Source of the DNA: Candidatus Humimicrobiaceae bacterium
GTDB lineage: Bacteria > Patescibacteriota > Minisyncoccia > Minisyncoccales > DG-74-1
Direction: 5' to 3'
Length of the DNA: 64,000 bases
Assembly (NCBI GenBank): GCA_035530555.1
Contig: DATKUR010000003.1
Span: forward strand, 19,184 to 83,183
Shown here: positions 55,478 to 64,000 of the stretch, piece by piece
How the letters are laid out: the number at the start of each line of letters is the position of its first letter
Position numbering within the stretch: position 1 is the first letter of the stretch
The notes under the pieces: generated by a model
What the model was told of the DNA's origin: nothing
The model's input: only the letters and a program-made list of their open reading frames with translations
Databases searched by the model: none
Program-made: the position numbers and the translations under genes

Positions 55478-56173
55478 ATGCTTTCTATTATTATTCCGAC
55501 CCTGAATGAGGAAAAATGTCTTCCTTTATTGCTTGAAGAGATTAAAAAGCAGAAATCTGTCGGTAATTATGAAATAATTGTTGCCGACGCCGGCTCAACC
55601 GATAAAACAGTCGAGATCGCCAAGGGTTTTGACTGTGAGGTTATTAAAGGTGGATTGCCTGCCAAAGGAAGAAACGAAGGAGCAAGAATAGCCCGAGGCG
55701 ATATTTTATTATTTACGGACGCTGACAATATTTATTTACCTGAGGATTTTTTAAAGAATCTCTTGGAAGAATTTGAAAAAAGGAAATTGGACGTGGCTTC
55801 TTTTCCGATCTGCCCTAAGGGAAATATTTTTGATAAGTTTGCCTACGGACTTTATAATCGTTGGGTTCAGTTAGTCCAGTGGTTTGCCGCCTATGCTACC
55901 AATTCGGTTTTGGTTAGAAGGAATATCCACCAAAAAGTCGGCGGCTTTGATGAAGAAATAAAAATAGCCGAAGACCATTTCTACGCCAAAACAGCTAAGA
56001 AATTCGGAAAGTTCGGCTTTATTAGAACTAAACCGGTTTTGACTTCTACTCGACGTTTTGAGAAAGACGGCAGATTAAAAACTTATCTTAAATATCTGAT
56101 AGCTGGGATTTATATGTTTTTCTTTGGTCCAATAAAAAAAGATATCTTTCGATATCGGTTTGATGAGAGATAA
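55478..56173 (+). CDS. GT2 family glycosyltransferase
   Basis: SIIIPTLNEE, VADAGSTD, GRNEGA, FTDAD and GGFDE...AED. Confidence 0.92.
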   Translation: MLSIIIPTLNEEKCLPLLLEEIKKQKSVGNYEIIVADAGSTDKTVEIAKGFDCEVIKGGLPAKGRNEGARIARGDILLFTDADNIYLPEDFLKNLLEEFEKRKLDVASFPICPKGNIFDKFAYGLYNRWVQLVQWFAAYATNSVLVRRNIHQKVGGFDEEIKIAEDHFYAKTAKKFGKFGFIRTKPVLTSTRRFEKDGRLKTYLKYLIAGIYMFFFGPIKKDIFRYRFDER

Positions 56174-56181
56174 TTTTAATC

Positions 56182-57159
56182 TCAGGATAAGCCCATTTTT
56201 TTGTAAACTTCAGCCATAGTTGACTGAGCAATAATTCGGGCTTTTTTTCTACCTTGTTCTAAAATTTCTCTAACGTAGACCTCTCTTGCTAGAAATTCTT
56301 TTCTTTTCCGGCGGAAGGGCTCTAAAGAATCAATTAATAGTTCGGCCAAAGATTTCTTGAATTTTTCGTAACCTGAGTTCTTAAATTTTTTCTCTAATTC
56401 TTTTATCGATTTTCTTGAAAAAAGAGAGTAGATTGTCAAAAGATTTGATATTCCTGGTTTTTTTTGAAGGTCATATTTGATAATTTTTCCCGGATCGGTA
56501 ACCGCCGTCATTATTTTCTTTTTGATTTCTTCCGGTTCGTCAAATAGTCCGATACATCCTCGTGGATCATCGGTTTTTGACATTTTCTTCTTTGGTTTTT
56601 GCAAAGACATAATTTTTTCTCCGGTTTTTGGCAAAAGAGCTTTTGGCTCTTGAAAAACCTGACCAAATTTCTTATTGAAACGACGAACAATCTCTCTGGC
56701 TAGTTCCACATGTTGCTTTTGATCCATACCCACCGGAACAACCTCTGTTTTGTAAAGCAAAATATCAGCCGTCATCAAAAGAGGATAATTTAAAAGGCCG
56801 GCATTAATATATTCTGGGTGTTTTTTTGACTTTTCTTTGAACTGAGTCATTCTCTGAAGTTCTCCTAAGGGAGTTATCGTTCCCAGAAGCCAAGTCAACT
56901 CGGTATGCTCTTTTATTTGGGACTGAACAAAGAAAATGCACTTTTCTGGGTTTAATCCAGCTGCCAGATAAGCAGCAGCTAATTCTAAAATATTTTGTTG
57001 CAATTTCTTAGGTTCATAAGGAGTAGTCATGGCATGGAGATCGACAATGCAAAAAACACACTCAGTCTGTTCCTGAAGTTCTATCCATTGCTTAATGGCT
57101 CCTAGATAATTTCCGATATGCAATTCTCCGGTTGGCCGGATGCCACTAAATACTCGCAT
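56182..57159 (-). CDS. trpS: Tryptophan--tRNA ligase
   Basis: SGIRPTGELHIGNYLGA, VDLHA, VPVGMDQKQH and KMSK. Confidence 0.97.
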   Translation of the reverse strand: MRVFSGIRPTGELHIGNYLGAIKQWIELQEQTECVFCIVDLHAMTTPYEPKKLQQNILELAAAYLAAGLNPEKCIFFVQSQIKEHTELTWLLGTITPLGELQRMTQFKEKSKKHPEYINAGLLNYPLLMTADILLYKTEVVPVGMDQKQHVELAREIVRRFNKKFGQVFQEPKALLPKTGEKIMSLQKPKKKMSKTDDPRGCIGLFDEPEEIKKKIMTAVTDPGKIIKYDLQKKPGISNLLTIYSLFSRKSIKELEKKFKNSGYEKFKKSLAELLIDSLEPFRRKRKEFLAREVYVREILEQGRKKARIIAQSTMAEVYKKMGLS

Positions 57160-57163
57160 ATGT

Positions 57164-58843
57164 TTAAACCTCGATTACCACAGGAAGTATTATCGGCCTT
57201 CTCCGAGTTTTAGAGAATAAAAATTGACCGATTTTATTTCTGATTTCATCTTTGACAAAGACCCAGTTGACCGCCCCTCCCGAACCAGCTGTTTTATCAA
57301 TAACATTAATCACCCTCTTTCTCGTTTCTTTAAGTAATTCCCTTGACTCTCTTAAATAAACAAACCCTCTAGATATTATATCAGGAGAACCCTTGACTTT
57401 GCCAGTCTGCCGGTCAATCACCGCTACAATAACAAACATTCCGTCTTTAGCCAACATCTGACGGTCACGCAAGACTACTTCTCCAACGTCACCGACTCCT
57501 AAACCATCAACCATGATATAATTAGCGGCTACTTTTTCTTTCTCAATAAAGATTTTTCCAGGATTCAAATTAATAATCTGGCCGTTTTCTACCACCAAGA
57601 CATTTTTTTCGGGGAGTCCGCTTTCTTTGGCTAGCTGTGCATGGGAAACCAGCATTGAATACTGACCATGGATTGGTATAAAGAATTTCGGCCTCATAAT
57701 TTTGATCATTTCTCTTAGTTCTTCTCGTTGACCATGGCCGCCCGCATGGATATCCATCATCTTGTAATGGAAGACCTTGGCGCCTTGTCTTAAAATTTCA
57801 TCTTTCATAATCTGAACCGTTCTTTCGTTTCCGGGGATGACCGAGGAGGAAAAAATTACCGTATCTCCTTTCTTTATCTTTAAGTAAGAATGCTCACGGT
57901 TAGTAATTCTCATCAAAACAGCCTCTGCTTCTCCCTGGGCTCCGGTGCAGAGAATAGTTTGGGCTTTATCAGGATAACTTAAAATTTCTTTGCCGTTAAC
58001 AAGTGTTCTTCCTTTTGTTCTGACATACCCCAAGATCTTGGCAAGTTCCGCGTTGGTTTTCATTGAATAGCCTTCTAAACTTACTTTTCTCTGGTATTTT
58101 TCCGAAAGAGAAATAATTTGTTGTATTCTGTTGATTAAAGAAGCAAAGGTAGCAGCGATAATTCTGCCGCCGGCTCTTTTAAAAATTTCTTCTAGGTTTC
58201 TCTCAATAGTTTTTTCTGAAAGAGAATGGTTTTCTTCTTCTGCTCCGGTAGAATCCGAAAGCATCAACAAAATCCTTCTATTGCCTAGCGCTTTCAGCTT
58301 TTGAAAGTTAGTCGGCAGATCGTTGATCGGATGAGGGTCAAACTTAAAATCAGAAGTATTCAAAATATTACCGATTGGAGTTTGGATAAATAACCCCAAA
58401 TTGTCAGGGATATTGTGGTTTTGTCTGAAGAATTCAACCCCAAAAGGTCCCAACTTTACGACTGAACCATCTTTGACCTCATTTATTTCTAATTTTGGCA
58501 ATTGAGGAAAATCTTCCTGTCTTTTTAAGATTATTCCTCGAGTCAGAGGAGATGCGAAAATTCTTAAATTAGGATGCCAGATTTTTTCAATTAAATAGGG
58601 GACGGCGCCGATGTGGTCATAGTGGCCGTGAGTGAAAACAATCCCTAGGACATTTTTCTGTTTCCCCTTTAAATATTCAATATTGGGAATAATAAAATCG
58701 ATTCCTGGCATGGCTTCTTCTGGCATTCTAAGACCCATATCGCAGATTAAAATCTTCCTCTGCCATTCTAAAAGCATCATATTTCTCCCCACCTCTCCTA
58801 ATCCTCCGAGGGGTATAATTCTAAGATTATGTTGTTTTGTCAT
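57164..58843 (-). CDS. rnj: Ribonuclease J
   Basis: PLGGLGEVGRNM, THGHYDHIG, DFKFD and HAGGH. Start set at the ATG at 58843, just after the tRNA. Confidence 0.95.
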   Translation of the reverse strand: MTKQHNLRIIPLGGLGEVGRNMMLLEWQRKILICDMGLRMPEEAMPGIDFIIPNIEYLKGKQKNVLGIVFTHGHYDHIGAVPYLIEKIWHPNLRIFASPLTRGIILKRQEDFPQLPKLEINEVKDGSVVKLGPFGVEFFRQNHNIPDNLGLFIQTPIGNILNTSDFKFDPHPINDLPTNFQKLKALGNRRILLMLSDSTGAEEENHSLSEKTIERNLEEIFKRAGGRIIAATFASLINRIQQIISLSEKYQRKVSLEGYSMKTNAELAKILGYVRTKGRTLVNGKEILSYPDKAQTILCTGAQGEAEAVLMRITNREHSYLKIKKGDTVIFSSSVIPGNERTVQIMKDEILRQGAKVFHYKMMDIHAGGHGQREELREMIKIMRPKFFIPIHGQYSMLVSHAQLAKESGLPEKNVLVVENGQIINLNPGKIFIEKEKVAANYIMVDGLGVGDVGEVVLRDRQMLAKDGMFVIVAVIDRQTGKVKGSPDIISRGFVYLRESRELLKETRKRVINVIDKTAGSGGAVNWVFVKDEIRNKIGQFLFSKTRRRPIILPVVIEV

Positions 58844-58845
58844 AG

Positions 58846-58927
58846 TGCGGACGGTGGGACTCGAACCCACAAGCCTTGCGGCATACGGTCCTGAACCGTA
58901 AGCGTATACCAGTTCCGCCACGTCCGC
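58846..58927 (-). tRNA. tRNA-Leu(CAG), no encoded CCA
   Basis: GCGGACG/CGTCCGC acceptor stem, TACGG-TTCAGGA-CCGTA anticodon arm, long variable arm and GGTTCGAGTCC. Confidence 0.95.
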
Positions 58928-58937
58928 GGGAAAGAGG

Positions 58938-59984
58938 CTACCCCTTAAAAACACCGGCTTTTTTAATAAGATTTTTGTTTTGAGATATCCAATTATATAA
59001 TCTTTTTACCCCTTCTTTTGGAGAAACTTTGGGGGCCCAGCCAAAATCTTTTTTTGCATTAGTAAGATCAGAAACATAAACTTTTTGATCGCCGGCTCTC
59101 CATCCATCGAACGAATAATTAATTTTCTTCCCAGATAATTTTTCTAAAATATAAAATAATTCCCAAATTGAAAGAGAGAAATTAAAACCACCGCCCATAT
59201 TATATACCCTCCCTCGGGTTTTTTCGATATTTTTAAAAATAAGATCGAAGGCCCTTAATAAGTCATCAACATATAAAACATCCCTGACTTGCTTTCCATT
59301 GCCATAAATAGTCACTGCCTTATCAAATAATAATGTATTACAGAACCAGGCTAACCAACCTTGTTCTTCAATCCCGAATTGATGAGGACCGTAAATGCCA
59401 GATTGCCTAGAAACAACCGTGTTTAACCCGTAAATGCGCATATAGTCAAGGGTATATTGGTCACCAGTTCCCTTAGAACAACCATAAGGTCCATGAAAAT
59501 CAAGACTTTGACTTTCCGAAATTCCTTTAATATTCTTATAAATATATCTTTTCTTTGTTTCTATTATTGGTATATCAGTCATTTCACCATAAACCTTATT
59601 AGTACTGGAGTAAATTAGACTAGCTTGGGGTGTTCCTTTTCTTAGCGCTTCCAAAACATTGAAAGTACCCAAGGCATTTATCTCGAAATCTTCCTGGGGG
59701 TTGGCGACGGAAGTAACCATGGTTACCTGAGCTGCTAAGTGGAGAACGAAGTCGGGCTTGTATTTCCTGAAAGCTTCAAAAAGTTTTTTATAATTTCTAA
59801 TATCTCCTTTAATAAAAACAAAATTTCCTTTTTGGTTTTTTAACCAATCTAAGTTTTGTTTAGCTCCAGCCCGAGAAAGATTATCATAAACAGCAACTTT
59901 ATATTTTTTTCCAAGATAATGGACGGCAGCATTGGCTCCGATGAAGCCGGCTCCCCCGGTAATTAGAATGGTTTTTTTATTCAT
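58938..59984 (-). CDS. NAD-dependent epimerase (CDP-paratose 2-epimerase-like)
   Basis: ITGGAGFIG, HLAAQV, SSTNKVYG, PYGCSKG..DQY and QFGIEEQGW. Confidence 0.85.
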   Translation of the reverse strand: MNKKTILITGGAGFIGANAAVHYLGKKYKVAVYDNLSRAGAKQNLDWLKNQKGNFVFIKGDIRNYKKLFEAFRKYKPDFVLHLAAQVTMVTSVANPQEDFEINALGTFNVLEALRKGTPQASLIYSSTNKVYGEMTDIPIIETKKRYIYKNIKGISESQSLDFHGPYGCSKGTGDQYTLDYMRIYGLNTVVSRQSGIYGPHQFGIEEQGWLAWFCNTLLFDKAVTIYGNGKQVRDVLYVDDLLRAFDLIFKNIEKTRGRVYNMGGGFNFSLSIWELFYILEKLSGKKINYSFDGWRAGDQKVYVSDLTNAKKDFGWAPKVSPKEGVKRLYNWISQNKNLIKKAGVFKG

Positions 59985-59994
59985 ATTCCAGCTA

Positions 59995-60870
59995 CTATAA
60001 TTTCAATTTTTTGAGGTAGTCTTTAAATTCATCTCCAAGCTCAGGGTGGCGAATAGCAAATTCAATAACCGTTTTAAAATATTCAACTTTATTGCCCGTA
60101 TCATAATATTTCCCGTTTTTTATTTTGCATCCATAAACCGGAAAACCTTTTTTAATTAGTTCGTTTATGGCTTCTACTAGCCAGATTTCTCCGGCCTTGC
60201 CCGGCTTTAGATTCTTAATTATCTTGAAGATTTCCGGGGGCAGAATATATCCGCCGTGAGAGGCAAATTTTGAAGGGGCATCTTTTAAGCCCGGTTTTTC
60301 AACAATTTTTTTAATTTTAAAAACATTAGTATCGATTGGTTCTATAACCGGAATTCCGTAACGGGAGAATTGGTCTTCCGTTTCGAGTTCTACAGTTGAG
60401 ATAACCGCTCCTTTATATTTTTTATAAACTTCTAACATTTGTGCAAGTCGGGGTGGCTGACTAATGATAAACTCATCTCCCCATAAAACAGCAAAAAATT
60501 CATTGCCGACAACCGGCTCGGCCATTAAAATAGGAATAGCATTGCCATAATGTTCGTTCTTTTGCCGAATATAAACAAAGTTAGCTAATTTGGCGATTCC
60601 CTTGATTTGGTTTAATTCCTTGATTTTTCCGATAGATTCTAGATATTTTTCCAGTTCAAAAGAGCGGTCGAAGTGGTCTTCGATTGCTCTTTTTTGCCAG
60701 CCAGTAATAATAATTATATCTTTAATGCCGGAAGCGACCGCTTCTTCGACCACATATTGAATAACGGGTTTATCCACTACCGGCAACATTTCTTTTGGCA
60801 TGGCCTTAACCTGAGGTAAAAATCTAGTTCCCCATCCAGCCGCTGGAATGACTACTTTGTGAATTTCCAT
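59995..60870 (-). CDS. galU: UTP--glucose-1-phosphate uridylyltransferase
   Basis: VIPAAGWGTRFLP..KAMPKEMLPVVDKP and VEKP. Confidence 0.93.
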   Translation of the reverse strand: MEIHKVVIPAAGWGTRFLPQVKAMPKEMLPVVDKPVIQYVVEEAVASGIKDIIIITGWQKRAIEDHFDRSFELEKYLESIGKIKELNQIKGIAKLANFVYIRQKNEHYGNAIPILMAEPVVGNEFFAVLWGDEFIISQPPRLAQMLEVYKKYKGAVISTVELETEDQFSRYGIPVIEPIDTNVFKIKKIVEKPGLKDAPSKFASHGGYILPPEIFKIIKNLKPGKAGEIWLVEAINELIKKGFPVYGCKIKNGKYYDTGNKVEYFKTVIEFAIRHPELGDEFKDYLKKLKL

Positions 60871-60874
60871 ACTT

Positions 60875-61465
60875 TTATTTTCTTAAGAAATCTAAATTTT
60901 TTGGTATTTTTTTTAGAGGCCTTTTAAAACGTAGCTTTGGAACTAAGCCGTAATTTTTATTTTTAATCCAGCCGTTTTTTAAGTAATAATAACAGGCCCC
61001 CTGTTTTTTTTCAAAAAGAGTGTAAATGTTTTTACATTTTTCGCAAAGCCAGTTGCCTTCAATCAGTTCTTTTTTTGAAGGATTAATTGTGATGTGGCCG
61101 TAATAAGGCGGGATGACTATTGACTCTCCTTTCCTGGCTCTTACGGTATAAACGTCCTCGATTTTATCTTTTTTGCATCTTTGAAGCAAATAAATGGCTT
61201 GTCCTTCAAGTACAACATAAACTTCTCCGTATTTTTTGGAGTGCTCGTGCCCTTTAGTTTTGACAAATTCTTTGCCTAACATGCGAGGAGGAATTATGGT
61301 GATGTCGTATCTTAAATCGTTTTTCTTTTTTAAGCCACGATACATATAATAAAGCTCAAAGTTAGGAGCAGTTTTAGCCCATTTTTGGTCATAGAGAACC
61401 TCTTCCATGTCGTACAAGTAGCGAATGTCAGGCCTTCTTTTTTCTAAGATTTTCTTTATTTCCAT
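60875..61465 (-). CDS. Cupin-type (archaeal-like) glucose-6-phosphate isomerase
   Basis: LRYDIT.IPP..LGKEFVKTKGHEH, EVY.VLEG and IPPYYGHITIN. Confidence 0.85.
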   Translation of the reverse strand: MEIKKILEKRRPDIRYLYDMEEVLYDQKWAKTAPNFELYYMYRGLKKKNDLRYDITIIPPRMLGKEFVKTKGHEHSKKYGEVYVVLEGQAIYLLQRCKKDKIEDVYTVRARKGESIVIPPYYGHITINPSKKELIEGNWLCEKCKNIYTLFEKKQGACYYYLKNGWIKNKNYGLVPKLRFKRPLKKIPKNLDFLRK

Positions 61466-63459
61466 GCTCTTTTAGTTTCAATATACCATCCTTCAATACC
61501 GGAGAACCTTTGAGAAGTGTCGCTAAGTATTTTAGTTGTCAGCCCTTTTATTTCTTCAGACACGAAGCAAAGATAGTCCGGGTTGTACAAAAAGACAGCC
61601 GGCATATCTTTAAGTAAAATTTCCTGAAATTTTTCCAGAGCTTCTTTTCTTTCTCCTTCATCCAAGGTTTGACGAGCTTCTTCTAATAATTTATCGGCCT
61701 CTTTGCTTTCATATGCTGATAAATTCAAGCCAGGATCTTTTATCTGAGACGAATGCCAAAAAGGATAAGGATCAGGCGTTATTCCCAAAACCTCGCCGAA
61801 GAGAAGCATTTCGTAGTCTCTGAGTTTGATAACTTCTTCTATTGAAGTGGAGTCTTGTATTGGAGTAGGGTCAAAAGTCTTTATTTCAAGACCTACACCT
61901 AATTCTTCCCATTGGTCCTTTATCAAATAAGCTATTGTGGTTAAAGGTGTCTTATTTACTGTAACTAAGGTGAGAGAAAGAGGCAGGGTTTCTTTGGTAG
62001 ACGGGGCGCAGATTTCGTTTAATTTGGTCCGGGTGCCTTGTCGCACTTCGCCCGTTCCCGAGGTTAACCCGTAAGGGTCTAAGACATCTTCGGCATATTT
62101 TTCTTGAAACTTGCTTACTGCTGCCTTGGTTTTTGAGCCGAAATAGCCGGTTATCTCGCCTTCAGGATAAACATCAGGGTCTTTGGCTAGGCATTTCTGG
62201 AGCTCTGTCACTTCGCTTCCTTCAGAGCCAACCTTAAGATCACTTTTAAATTGAAAAGCCGGCTCTTTGACCAATTCTTTTTCTCTTATACCTGTTTCTC
62301 CTAAAATAAATCCTTCACTCTCCAAGACCTTTATTACCTCCTCTTTATTCAAAAGACATGTTTTTCCCGGACTTTCAAAGCCGTAAATTTCCGGGAGGAT
62401 AGGGGAATCAACCGGTTTTGCCCGTCCCGATAAAATTTCACTTATGAGCTTTTCTTTATTTATTCCGCAGTTTAAAACTTCTCTTATGTTTTTATTTTGG
62501 AGAATTTTTGACTTCCCTAAGTTTAAAAATAAAGCATAATATCTTGGTAAAGAAAAGCGGTATTCGTAAAAACCGTTATTTTTCACTTTGTTAATTATTC
62601 CAGCTGGATCAGCCGAGGCGACGCCCTTAACTTGGCCGGAATTGAAAGCGTTGACTAAACTTTCTTCGGTCTCGAAAAAATTAAAAATAATCTCTTCTAT
62701 ATTAGGCGGAGAACCGGAATAGTAAGAATTAGCTGTTAATTCAATAGAAATAATCTTGTCTTTCTTATCCTGATTAATTTTCTTTAATCTATAAGGACCA
62801 GACCCTATAGCTTTTAGATTATTGGTTGATAAATGAAAATTTTCTGCTGATATTCCCTGCCAAATGTGTTTTGGCATAATTTTTAAGGTAGTGTTTTCTA
62901 AAAATAAAGGAGAGGGATTCTGTAACTCGAAACTGATGCATAGGTCTGAAATTTTTTCTATCTTTACATCAACCCACCTCCCATAAAGCGGGCTTTCAAA
63001 AGAATAGTTTTGGATGGTTTTGACGGTAAAGATTACATCGTCGGCGGTTAGAGGTTGACCGTCCTGCCAGCGAAGATTTTCTTTCAAATAAAATTCATAA
63101 GTTTTGCCGTCTTCAGAAACTTTATATTCTTTAGCTAAGTCTGGCACAACTGTTTGACTAGATTCATCTCCGTATTTCATTAGCCCCGAGTAGACTAATT
63201 CGGTTAAATCTCGGTCAATATCGGAATTGGCGTATATTGGATTAATAAAACGGGGAGAAGGGGGAACAAGGAATCCTTCAGTATAAATTCCTCCTTTGGC
63301 CGGGACAATTTTAGTATTATTTAGATAAAAACTTACAGCGAGAAGGGTAAAGCTGCTTAACCCCAGGAATAAAAAAACAAAGAAGACAATTTTTTCTCTT
63401 TTATCTAAAACTTTTAAAAACTGCCGCCATTGAGATTTACTCGGCCATTTCTGAGACAT
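61456..63459 (-). CDS. Family 5 ABC substrate-binding protein with an inserted peptidoglycan-binding domain
   Basis: YSGL, PDLA, WQDGQPLTADDV.FT, GSGPY and DPYPFWHSSQ. Internal LKVGS.G.EV..LQ...TGYFG..TKAAV..FQ segment. Confidence 0.85.
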   Translation of the reverse strand: MSQKWPSKSQWRQFLKVLDKREKIVFFVFLFLGLSSFTLLAVSFYLNNTKIVPAKGGIYTEGFLVPPSPRFINPIYANSDIDRDLTELVYSGLMKYGDESSQTVVPDLAKEYKVSEDGKTYEFYLKENLRWQDGQPLTADDVIFTVKTIQNYSFESPLYGRWVDVKIEKISDLCISFELQNPSPLFLENTTLKIMPKHIWQGISAENFHLSTNNLKAIGSGPYRLKKINQDKKDKIISIELTANSYYSGSPPNIEEIIFNFFETEESLVNAFNSGQVKGVASADPAGIINKVKNNGFYEYRFSLPRYYALFLNLGKSKILQNKNIREVLNCGINKEKLISEILSGRAKPVDSPILPEIYGFESPGKTCLLNKEEVIKVLESEGFILGETGIREKELVKEPAFQFKSDLKVGSEGSEVTELQKCLAKDPDVYPEGEITGYFGSKTKAAVSKFQEKYAEDVLDPYGLTSGTGEVRQGTRTKLNEICAPSTKETLPLSLTLVTVNKTPLTTIAYLIKDQWEELGVGLEIKTFDPTPIQDSTSIEEVIKLRDYEMLLFGEVLGITPDPYPFWHSSQIKDPGLNLSAYESKEADKLLEEARQTLDEGERKEALEKFQEILLKDMPAVFLYNPDYLCFVSEEIKGLTTKILSDTSQRFSGIEGWYIETKRAWK

Positions 63460-63515
63460 AGGTTGATTTTTGAGGCTTTGTTTTTCTTTTACCTCGTTCG
63501 CTTAGTATGATTTAG

Positions 63516-63731
63516 CTAGAGAGCAAGGTTCAAAAGAGCCAGAACTATAAACAAGATTCCGAAAATTATTGTTGCCCAAAAAAGATTTTTTTGGATACCC
63601 CTTCGGGTAGAATAAAATCCGCCTTCCCCCCCGAAAGCAGAACCTAAAGCTGTCCCTCTCTGTTGTAAAAGGACAGAGATAATTAAGAGTATGGCTATTA
63701 TAATTTGGGCAATCGATAAATATTGAGTCAT
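63516..63731 (-). CDS. secG: Preprotein translocase subunit SecG
   Basis: Two TM segments and LLQQRG..LGSAFGG.....TRRG. Confidence 0.92.
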   Translation of the reverse strand: MTQYLSIAQIIIAILLIISVLLQQRGTALGSAFGGEGGFYSTRRGIQKNLFWATIIFGILFIVLALLNLAL

Positions 63732-63732
63732 T

Positions 63733-64000
63733 TTATTTAGCTGGCATCCATTTTATAAGGATGAAATTTATTCCCCAGACGATAAGAGATGTCAAGAGGA
63801 GAGAAACTATTTTTTGAATAATCTGTTCGGGGAAAATCAGTTCCGGGAAAATAAGACTAACTATCCAGATCATTAACACGTTGATTACTAAACCAAAGAG
63901 GCCAAAGGTAATAATTCTTAAGGGTAGAGTAATTACTTTTAAAACCGGCTTGATAAAGAAATTAATTAGACCTAAGATTGCTCCGGCTAAAACCAAAGCC
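63733..64000 (-). CDS. YvlD/DUF360 (4-TM 'phage holin family') membrane protein, 5'-partial
   Basis: LGLINFFIKPVLKVITLPLRIITFGLFGLVIN. Confidence 0.85.
   Translation of the reverse strand, partial: ALVLAGAILGLINFFIKPVLKVITLPLRIITFGLFGLVINVLMIWIVSLIFPELIFPEQIIQKIVSLLLTSLIVWGINFILIKWMPAK

Noticed and set aside
350-58901. Numerous short antisense or nested ORFs in the track (e.g. 24134-24493, 34243-34677, 46156-46665)
   Set aside because: They lie within well-supported genes and show no independent motifs or expression signals.
58844-58954. N-terminal extension of RNase J in the ORF track (596 aa)
   Set aside because: It reads through tRNA-Leu(CAG); RNase J similarity starts at MTKQHNLRIIPLGG.
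63733-64000. Prophage suggested by the holin-family gene
   Set aside because: This family is commonly chromosomal, the gene abuts secG, and no phage structural genes are visible.
1-64000. Alternative genetic code (TGA as Gly or Trp)
   Set aside because: Full-length conserved genes such as glyA, tsaD, topA and trpS end at TGA at the expected positions.

Overview
A gene-dense, AT-rich bacterial chromosome segment using genetic code 11 (TGA ends full-length genes). Gene content and style suggest Patescibacteria/CPR (Parcubacteria-like); this is inference. Most of the window is housekeeping: partial tmRNA and smpB, seven aminoacyl-tRNA synthetases, two tRNA-Leu genes, recO, rsmI, tatD, MTAP, glmS, iorAB, murA/yvcK/glmU/sugar kinase, tsaC/tsaD, glyA, folD, topA, dprA, a short mfd, pth, lepB, ftsA/ftsZ, nrdDG, comEC, rnj, sugar-nucleotide genes and secG. 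Four things stand out. (1) At 22.6-27.2 kb, co-oriented accessory gene units are separated by five copies of a 21-bp motif (ARACAGGTTCTAACRTCGTCC). Several copies are fused to a tRNA 3'-end-like tail, and the array starts at an orphan tRNA 3' fragment. No integrase is present. (2) At 41.0-41.45 kb, a consensus promoter precedes a ~170-nt multibranch RNA leader with a loop-exposed anti-SD, followed by an unannotated 40-aa membrane peptide. (3) Short palindromic repeat families sit between genes and in frame inside core proteins. (4) Several core proteins are atypical: FtsZ with degenerate GTPase motifs and no tail, IleRS with an inserted histidine-phosphatase domain, and MurA with Cys replaced by Asp. 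All calls are by eye; no database searches were run.
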